Shown here: positions 55,243-64,000 of the stretch, one piece after another
How the letters are laid out: each line of letters begins with the position of its first letter
How positions within the stretch are numbered: position 1 is the stretch's first letter
Assembly (NCBI RefSeq): GCF_000181795.1
Contig: NW_003526941.1
Coordinates: forward strand, 6,554,428 to 6,618,427
Origin: Trichinella spiralis
Taxonomy: Eukaryota
Direction of reading: 5' to 3'
Length of the DNA stretch: 64,000 nucleotides
Notes under the pieces: generated by a model
Databases searched by the model: none
Told to the model about the DNA's origin: nothing
Seen by the model: only the letters and a program-made list of their open reading frames with translations
Position numbers and translations under genes: made by a program

Positions 55243-56560
55243 ATCCTTGAACAACACTTCAATAGATTTGATCAATCAATAGAAGCAAAAAGCTATATGG
55301 AAAACTTCACAAATTCAAAACTGGCGGTCCCTTACAACAACAATATCTTTAAAAATACTAAATTATCAAATAAAATAAAGAAAATTTCAAAAGCACAGCC
55401 TGCCGGTCAAATATTTGAAAACCAGTGAAAATGCGTTATGACAAGGTCACTCTACAAAAATGAAAAAATAATGAGACGCGTTTATGAATTAATAAGTATA
55501 AAAATAAAATTATTTCTCATATGTGAAAATATTTATCGTTTAAAACACATTTTAAATAGTACATTCATTAGAATAAAATACATTAATTTGTTACAGATTT
55601 CAAAATGATTTTCAAGTAAAAGAAATTTTTAATTAGAGAACATTAAAATTCTTCATTAATATTCATAAACAGAACTAAAATTTGATGTATAAAATTTTTT
55701 AATTGAGAAAAAAATTTTGATTACACAACAATACTTATTATCAAAGTGAATTTTGATTACAAATAATAATTGTAAATTTGAAGTAATATAATAAGTAATA
55801 ATTTAAATTTTAATAAAATTCAAATTTTTTATTTACATTTTTTTATATTTTGATAAAATATAGTTTAAAATTTTTTTAGGTCATAAAGCTGCACTTGCGT
55901 TTCATTTTTATTACGATAGTTCTTTGATGATGAAATTGTTGAATTGTAAGTAGCAGGTGTCCTCGTTTTTTGAATTCTTTGAAAAGTTTATTGATGTGAG
56001 ATTTGAAATACTGGTCAACTGTAGTGATATATATAAGAAGAATACTCGTCGTATATTAATGTATTAGCGTGGTAAATGTTGCTGTGTTAACAGAGATTAG
56101 TTATTGTTGTTCAGTAGTTTTCATTGTTTTTCTTTTCTTGTTAGTTTGTTTTCTTAAAGCAACTTTTTCTGTATTTGATATCTTGTTTTTTTGTTGTATT
56201 GTGCGTATAAGAATCTTCGCATTTTCTATTCAGAAATTATTTATTGTTTATTTCAAGGTTGTTTAGAATGTAGTGTTGAGAAAAGTAATAATATTGGTTA
56301 TAATTGGTTTTTCTTTATTGTTTTCCGTCTGTCCGATGTACTGAATTGTAAAAATTTATGTAAATAAAAGTGTTTGCGCGTTAGTATGCAAATTTTCAGT
56401 GTAGTATTGTGTATTCGTGTCATAGAAGGTGAAGTGCGCTTTCGTCGTACTGTATGTATAGTGCGACGTTGTAAATTTTTTTCTTCTCAATAAAAGAAAA
56501 GCGAAAATTAAATAAATCGAATAACGTGATATATTTTATTTATTCAAGATTGCCGTCAAC

Positions 56561-57628
56561 ATGAAAAACGACCAAGTTCCAATATCGGCTACGCATCATT
56601 TTATCAATGAGATACGTATGAAAAAGGTGGTTGGTTCTTATCGAATAGCGCACGCGACCGTCACGTTCGTCAGGCGTTTGATCGCAACCAGGAAGTGGAA
56701 CAATGTGGACAATTTGATCGCGATGCTGCAAGCCGAATGTCGACTGTTGAGCGAATGTTTGCCGAATCAGTTGATCGTTCCGAATATGATCAAGCGGATT
56801 TTGAAGATGATTCGGGACGAAGTGCTGAGACAGCCGAACGCAGTCGAACGTGAACAGCATTTGAACGAGTCGTTGCAAAAATTGTGGACCGGCGATACTG
56901 GCGACCAAGAGCTGGCCACGTCGAGAGAATGGAAAACGTCGATTGTGGAAAATGTCGGTGAATTGTTGGCCGAATTGGAAACTTGCGGCGACAATATCGC
57001 AGCCCAAGCCGAACAGCACGTTCGAGCCGGCGACACGGTGGTCACTATTGGCTGGTCGAAAACTGTCGAAGCTTTTCTGCGTGCTGCGGCCAGTCGCCAA
57101 CGTTTCCGTCTGTTAGTGGTCGAATGCGCGCCCAGAAATACTGGTCGCCTATTGGTGGAGGCGTTGAAAAATTGCAAAAATATCCACTGCCGATTGATCG
57201 CCGACTCGGCCGCCTTTTCCACGATGCCTCAGGCGAGCAAAGTGATCATCGGTACTGAGCAGGTTTTGGCCAACGGCAGTCTGCGGGCCATTGCCGGCAC
57301 GTACAGTTTGTGCTTGAGTGCGCACCATTTTCGCGTGCCGGTGATCGTCTGTTCGCCGTTTTACAAATTGACCCCGTTGTTTTTGTCCGAAGACGACCAG
57401 GAACGTTTCAACGAACTTCGATCACCGATGGAACTGGTCCCGTTTTCCAACGCGATCACCATTGGTCGATTGCAAATTTACAATCCCGCCTACGATCTCG
57501 TCCCGCCCGATTTGATCACCCTGCTCATCACTAACGTCTCCGGTAACGCGCCTTCCTACATTTACCGGTTGATCAACGAACTTTACCACGCCAAAGACAC
57601 TTCATTCGCCGCTGCTGGATTGTCCTAA
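56561..57628 (+). CDS. EIF2B2: Translation initiation factor eIF2B subunit beta, single exon
   Basis: VVGSYRIA, NMIKRILKMIRDE, ELETCGDNIAAQAEQHV, TIGWSKTVEAFL, KVIIGT..LANGSL, FYKLTP, NPAYDLVPPDLITLLITN..GNAPSYIYRL. Confidence 0.95.
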   Translation: MKNDQVPISATHHFINEIRMKKVVGSYRIAHATVTFVRRLIATRKWNNVDNLIAMLQAECRLLSECLPNQLIVPNMIKRILKMIRDEVLRQPNAVEREQHLNESLQKLWTGDTGDQELATSREWKTSIVENVGELLAELETCGDNIAAQAEQHVRAGDTVVTIGWSKTVEAFLRAAASRQRFRLLVVECAPRNTGRLLVEALKNCKNIHCRLIADSAAFSTMPQASKVIIGTEQVLANGSLRAIAGTYSLCLSAHHFRVPVIVCSPFYKLTPLFLSEDDQERFNELRSPMELVPFSNAITIGRLQIYNPAYDLVPPDLITLLITNVSGNAPSYIYRLINELYHAKDTSFAAAGLS

Positions 57629-57773
57629 CCTTTTTTTATCAAATTATTTTTTTTCTATAGGCATCGTCAGCGATCATTTTTTCTTATTTTATTAAATCAA
57701 CAAACGGAGCAAGCAGCAAGTTGCAACAAGAATACGTTTAATATAATATTATAGTACATGTTTTTCTTTTTCC

Positions 57774-60700
57774 TCATTTCGAAAATGAAACAACTTGTTC
57801 GAACCGATCGGCCAAATGTTGCCTTTGAGCGACAGGATTCAAACGTAAATCGTTAAGTATCTGAAATGAAAATATAATATTTTATTACTTTTTTTTCTTT
57901 AGTGTTCTGTTGTTTTGTTTATTTACCTGATCTTGATATCTCAATGAATAGAGGAACAATTCTCTCAAAGCACCGTTCGTATTCCACTGTTGACTGTACA
58001 ACGATGACAACGGTGCCATCAACGAATTCAACTCTTGATCAGTTACAGTAGGCAAGTGGCGGATGTCGTTGTAAAATCTGCCGAACGCGGCTCTGTAACG
58101 TGGCAAATCGCGCGCGAACAGCAATTTGTTCGACGGCGAATCTTTGCCCAGTTGGGGTTCACTTGACGAACAAGCATCCATGAACATTTGGGCAATAACT
58201 GACAAGCAAGAATCGACAGTGATCGTTTTTTCGACGTCGAAAATGAAATCTGGATTTTTGATTATATTCACCCAAAAACGCAACGGTAAACTGTTGTTTT
58301 TCCAAGCTTGAGCTACCGATCCGGGATCGGCTACTGGTAATCTGGCCGCTTCTTCTTCGAGCAAATCGAACAGATATTTGATCGGCGCGGGAAACGTGCT
58401 CTGTTCTACTGCCAACGTCGACGTGATGAAATCGTCGACAAACTGTTGTACAGTACCTTTGGTGCTCAACAACCGGGTCAAGTAAATTTCCGTTATTCTA
58501 CTCGGCGTTCCACCGTTTCGTCTATTACTAGTTCCATCCGGTCGAATCAAATGCCAACATCTCAAATCGACATTTTCACGATTCTCCATCATCATCACTT
58601 GTTGTTGCTGTTGCTGTTGTTCCTGCTTGTTGTTTTGTTGTTGGTGTTTGGATGTGCAATTGGAACTGGACGAAATCAGACAAGCCGACGAATCTATTGA
58701 TGCGTACGTGTGCGTGGAAAAATCTGTATAGCCAGAATAGGAACTAGACCGGAGAACAACGACAATTACAGCTTGATTTGGAAGTCTGTAATCGCGTACA
58801 GTATTCAAACGAATCCAACCGTCTGATCGACGAGTTTGCAGATGCGGATGTTCCCGTAACAAAACGACACCGATATGACCATGCCATTCTATATATATAT
58901 ATATGTATACAAATATTACATAATAACAACCAATACTGAATCAAGATGGACAACACAACACATACCAAGATCAATATCATGAACAGTTGGACGACTGCTG
59001 AAGGCAGTATTTTTATAAAGACAATCGAGAATTTTCGATTTCAGTTGCCTTATTGAATCGCAACTTAGAACACGACAAATAACTGTTTCAGTTGGTGTTG
59101 CATTGTCGCCAAGTTTTGGTGGAATGATTTTGAAATACTAAAAAAAGAAACAAAATGGAAATTAATTTATACCATCGAAGGAAACGCGGTTGGTTCTGCA
59201 TTTTTCATACCAAAGTTTCATAATCAATCTGCTCTTTCAACAGGCGATCTTCAGAAAGGCTATATCTGGCGTCGAAAGTGACCGCATCAACTGGACCTTT
59301 CTCCGTTTGATGTTTCAAAGCTTTGAAAAGGAGAAACAACGACGAACCACTCGGACCTTGCAAATATTCGTACAGACAAAGTGCGATCCAATTTGCTAGC
59401 ATCTTTTCAACCACCGATTCTGTACGTCGAAGCATCACTTGTGGATGCTTTTCAAGACCGGCTCTGGCGATCAATTGACGCAACAAAGCGATCACAACTT
59501 CAGTCAAATATTGCATATTGTTCATCAGTGCTGCTGTCAACAACGAACCAACGTACACTTTGTCCGGTGCAGCGAATGACGACTGTCCTTCGAGAGTTCT
59601 CACCCAAGAAACGACAAACTGACGATTCATCAGCAGTTGTTCGAAATGAATCAAAGCATTTTGCACAGTTGCGCTATTTCTGAAATGTTTTTGGTAAGTG
59701 ATATTTATTTACATGTTCTTTTTTTTACTTATTGCAGTTTTTTTTTCTATTTCGTAAGACAAACAACAAATCATGTTTGAGAATAGAATAATATTATTAT
59801 TATTATACTTACTCAATTTTACTGAATCGTTTCACCGTGGACATTTGAAGTACAGATCGATGTTCTTCTTTAAATAATACTCTGTTGATGAAATCAATTC
59901 GACTACGATACGGTATGCCCAGAGCTACCAGATCACTGGTCAAATCCGACATGTCAGTTTGCAATTCAGCGAATGCTTCTTTGCATTCTTGACGTACATT
60001 GGATTCCAGGTTGTCCATTTGCAGTTGAATTCGACGATATTCTTTTTCTGCCAATGTGCTTTTATTGCGCCACCAAATGGCGGCGCCGACAATGACTAGA
60101 AACGCCAACGAACAACAACCACCAACAAGACCCCCTAGTAAAGCCATGTTTGTCTGACCAGCAGCAGCGAGAGGTTGATCGTCTTCCAAAATTAATTTTC
60201 CCAATTCAAATTGCAAATTGCCCACTCGTATGGAAACTGGACCTGATTCTGACGAAGAAAGCAGGCAAATCAACTGCGTGGAAGCTAGCAAAGTGACATT
60301 GCAACGATGATCACCGACCAGTACTGTAACATCGTATATGGAGCTGGCTGAATTTAAATTTGAACCCTGCAAGGAAAAAAAACGGAACAAAAATTTTAAT
60401 TATAAAATGAATAGAATAACAAAAATCTTTCTTAAACAGATCATACCTCGATCACTAGTGGACCACTACCACGGTGAACTTTTACTCCACCCGGAAAAGC
60501 ATAGTAGATTGGATCCGAGAAGATGGTGAATCCGAATTCGGATCCAAGATGTCGTACCGTTTCAACGTTATCCATTAAAAATCCAACATCATATCGTCGA
60601 CTGTTGCTAATACTACCAATGGTGGATGTTTTCCATTCGTCAGAGGCACGTTTCAATCGATCCGACCCGGGTATCAATGCTGGACTTGGACAAAGCATCG

Positions 60701-63049
60701 TTGTTGAATTGAGCACTTGACAAATCGAAGCTTCACTTTGTATCAGACCGTTTCGATTGATCAAATACATCAGAGGCTTTTGAACGGAATTCAGCTGCTG
60801 ACCGTGAATCAGTAATCTTCTGCCACCGCTTCTGAATCCATCTTTTGGACTGATTGAAAAAATCACCGGATCAGCAGCATAAAAGAACGGTCCAGCTAGA
60901 GTTCTACTGGCACGGTCGAGTTGTACCAGAATACGTTCGGCGGTGATGTTGGGTGCTGGTGCGGCCGACGTGATACACACCAAATTTCGACTGGTTGATT
61001 TGTCCCTAAAAGAACAATTAATTAATTAATTAATTTTACTGAAAATGAGAAACAAATGTGGAAAATGAAATTTCACCTTCTCACGTGGCATGGCATGGCA
61101 CCGATGTGCACATCAACTACTGACGCTTCGAGGAGATGTTCACCGGTGATCACGAACTCTGTGCCACCAGACTGTGGGCCGGTGGTTGGATGATAGCCAG
61201 TGACTTTTGGATCAGTGAAAGTGAAGTGAAGTTGTGAACGACCGCGTCGGCCCATCTCCATGTCTACAACTACCGGTCCGGAGAGCGAATCTCTGGGACT
61301 GGCGTCGGTGACACAGACAATTTTTTCCGACGTGTGATATTCGGTAACTCGGCAAGGTACTCCGGCCACGGATACCCGCTGATCAACATCCGATTGACGC
61401 AAACCCAAGTCGTGGCCAATAATTTCCACGTGCGTTCCACCTTCGATTGGACCTACAGTCGGGAAGATGTCTTCGATCACTGGTGCCGGGCAGACGGCTA
61501 AACTCTGCGGGTAAGGAATTGCCGTTTGGCCGCTGCAACTTTTCCTTAGCCTACAGCCTCCGTCGCACCAGGCGCACTCATATCGACGGTCTAAATCCAA
61601 ACAACGCGAACAGTCCGAAGCCATCAGTTCGCACTTGTAAAGCACCGCTTTGAGTTTGTCGATTTTTGTCCCTTTTCCCGTCTGCAAATGCAATTCGGCG
61701 GCAACGGACGGCAGGCGAGCATCGTACGAATAGGCGTACTCTTCGCATAGAAGGGTTTTTCCATTTTCAGACAAGCTGCCACGGACTCGTACGGCTCGGC
61801 CTTCGACTTCAGTTACGCAGACGACCATATCATCATTGCCTAAACTCAGCTTGTCCACGTTGACTACTGGAACCGAAACTGCAGTTGGATAATTTTCCGG
61901 AAGCAGCACTTCGAACGGAGTTTCCACATTCACATGCGGGCATGTGTTGCTTAATAATGCCGTATTTTCAGCAGTCTGAAAAATATTTGCTTGTAATGAA
62001 AAAAGACAACAAACGAACGAACGAAAAGATCTATGTGTAACATTAAACAACAACAACAACAACCAACAAACAAACACTAACATCATCATTATTGTCATGC
62101 AACTGTTTTGGTACAAGCCACAGCTGATCGTTGTGTGAGATGCGAACCTGATTGGAACAAGTGCCTGAATCACGTACACATAGACTATCTTCCAGGCACC
62201 AATCACAATGCCAGCGGCTTTGCACACAGGCAGTGCAACTAAAATGATAAAGAAGAAAGGAAAAATTAATAATAAAAATAAAATCAATGGTAACTGTCGT
62301 ATTACAGTTTATGGAATGAGCAGTCGTAAAAAGTGAATGTAGTTTGCAAAATTGCTCGCTGTGATCTGCTCGACCAAACTTTCAAAGGCACTGTAACGAA
62401 ATCTATAATAATAGGAATATTGGATAAATATTTTGAAGAAAAATGAATAAATAAATATATATATGTAAATTGATCAACTAATTCTATAACCTCTGTTTAT
62501 AGTGATTCGAGGTCGTTGTTCAGGTTTTGGAAGCTGGCAAAGCAACTTGTTCGGAGGTAAAAACTCAGCAGCCACGTGGGCATGCAAAAAGACACACTGA
62601 TATTGGTCACCAAAAGCGGGTGGAGGTATAAAATTCAAGGTAAGGTGCACTTGCTACAACGATTGAGTAATAAATATAATTTTACAAGAGTATAATTGAA
62701 GAAAACAATTATTTCTATTTCAAATTTAAATACTTTAACGGTTGAAGAAGTATCATGCAAAGAAACATTTGCAGGTTCAACCGATTCAACACGCGGGCAC
62801 TGATTTGACTCGAGTCCTGCACTTATCAAAAAGCCATGCTGCTGTTTGTCACCAACGAAAGTACATTCTTCTTTCAACACGCATCTGCAATTAAGAGAAA
62901 CAACGTTCATGGCAAAGTTTAAACTTTTTGAAGACCCAAGAAATTTACTTATTTTCCAAAGTACACCAGCCACAGTAAGGATCGCCCGAAGCAACACAGC
63001 TCGAACAATTCGAATAGGAAGAACAAGATTGCAGACGTACTTTAAGCAC
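57774..63049 (-). CDS. Plexin (invertebrate Plexin-B-like); PSI, IPT/TIG, TM and cytoplasmic GAP exons; 5' part lies beyond the window
   Basis: PSI (CSSCASGDPYCGWC; CSRCLDLDRRYECAWC), IPT repeats (PTVGPIEGGT; GPQSGGT), TM segment, LESNVRQECKEAFAELQTDM, RRTESVVEKML, EIYLTRLLSTKG, WKNNSLPLRFWVNIIKNP, SPSNKLLFARD. Confidence 0.93.
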
Positions 63050-64000
63050 CTGAAATGTGGAACATGAAACACATGTCATGAATCATCAGGTATTTATTGT
63101 ACTTTATAAAAATATGCTAAATTGATAACCAACTTATTATTTGTAAAATATACATTGAAGAAATAATTTTCAAAAGAACAGAATTAATTAATCGAGTTGA
63201 AATGAAATTTTTCATTCAATTTGTTAAGCGAAAGAAAAAATGTCTTTTTTTAGACAACTGGATCACTTCATTTACTACGAATGGTTGACAATGAATGATA
63301 AAAATGTCAAAAGCACTCTCGTGAAAATCACAGATGATGATATTTGCTCAATATATGAGAAAGTGGTTGTTGCAAAGTAGTCACCGTCGTTGGCTCTATA
63401 TTGAAATTTCAAGTCCTGCTCCAGGCCAGCAATTAGTAAATGTAAGTAGGAATTATATTTTCATTTTATTTCTTCTTTTCTTAATTTAAAATTGAAAACT
63501 GGCAAGTTTTCAATTTTACACGGTCGCGTGAGTTCGATTTTTCTCCATTTGAAATTGTTTTTCATCTCTTTTCACTATTATGGTTATCAGTATTATTATT
63601 ATTATTATTACATACAATTGGGAGAAAATTTAGGTTCAAGCGATGAAAAATAGGCAGAATAGGGGAAAAACGAATATTTTCCAAATTTGTATCTCCAATC
63701 TGATAGGAAAGATGCTTTTCTCTTCAAGCTCGGCGCAGTTGCACGACCAAATAATACAGCGAAACGGAAATAATGTAATTACGCGGCAGCATTCTTAAAA
63801 TAATTTTCCCGCAAATCCAATTTATAAATGCGCATTGCAAATATGCCGGGAACAATTTGCTCGCAAAAACAAGATAAATTCAATCGATAATCTGCTGTGC
63901 ATTTGACAGGAAAGATTTTTCTCATCTTGATTTCACTGTTGTTTATATAGGATATGTTTGATTGGGTATTTTAAAAAGAGCAAAATTTATTATTCAACTT

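Noticed and set aside
56540..57222. Long antisense ORFs over eIF2B-beta (and similar ones over FDXR and PDZD8)
   Set aside because: Shadow ORFs expected opposite GC-richer coding sequence; no recognisable motifs.
61073..62287. 404-aa ORF with a long hydrophobic N-terminus as a novel membrane isoform
   Set aside because: The N-terminal ~100 aa come from intron sequence and an off-frame reading of a plexin exon; only the downstream part is the real plexin exon.

Overview
Eukaryotic, AT-rich, gene-dense DNA with many short (~50-80 nt) GT-AG introns. The gene architecture and proteins suggest a nematode, most likely a clade I parasite such as Trichinella (inference, not database-checked). Manual splicing recovers 25 protein-coding genes, in order: PDZD8 (3' end), nas-39/BMP1-tolloid, MANF, POP7, FDXR, CPPED1, APH-1, dif-1/SLC25A20, ZGPAT, PNPLA8, RPL26, MFSD5, a TAF12-like gene, a two-LIM protein gene, an SLC35A nucleotide-sugar transporter, VTI1, RPL39, CHCHD1, GLOD4, PLEKHF2, BORA, CPSF3, a class II ARF, NF-YB, eIF2B-beta, plus the 3' part of a plexin. 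No RNA gene, intact transposon or prokaryote-type system could be supported. The notable signals are architectural. (i) Two complete genes, one on each strand, are nested in a single MFSD5 intron. (ii) Two convergent genes have stop codons interlocked in one TTAA. (iii) Two operon-like junctions (CHCHD1-RPL39 and FDXR-CPPED1) each have a splice donor just before the upstream stop codon that would give an in-frame fusion protein. (iv) Candidate operons, trans-splice acceptors and a recurring TACAGTA promoter-region motif. All exon boundaries were read by eye and may be off by a few bases.
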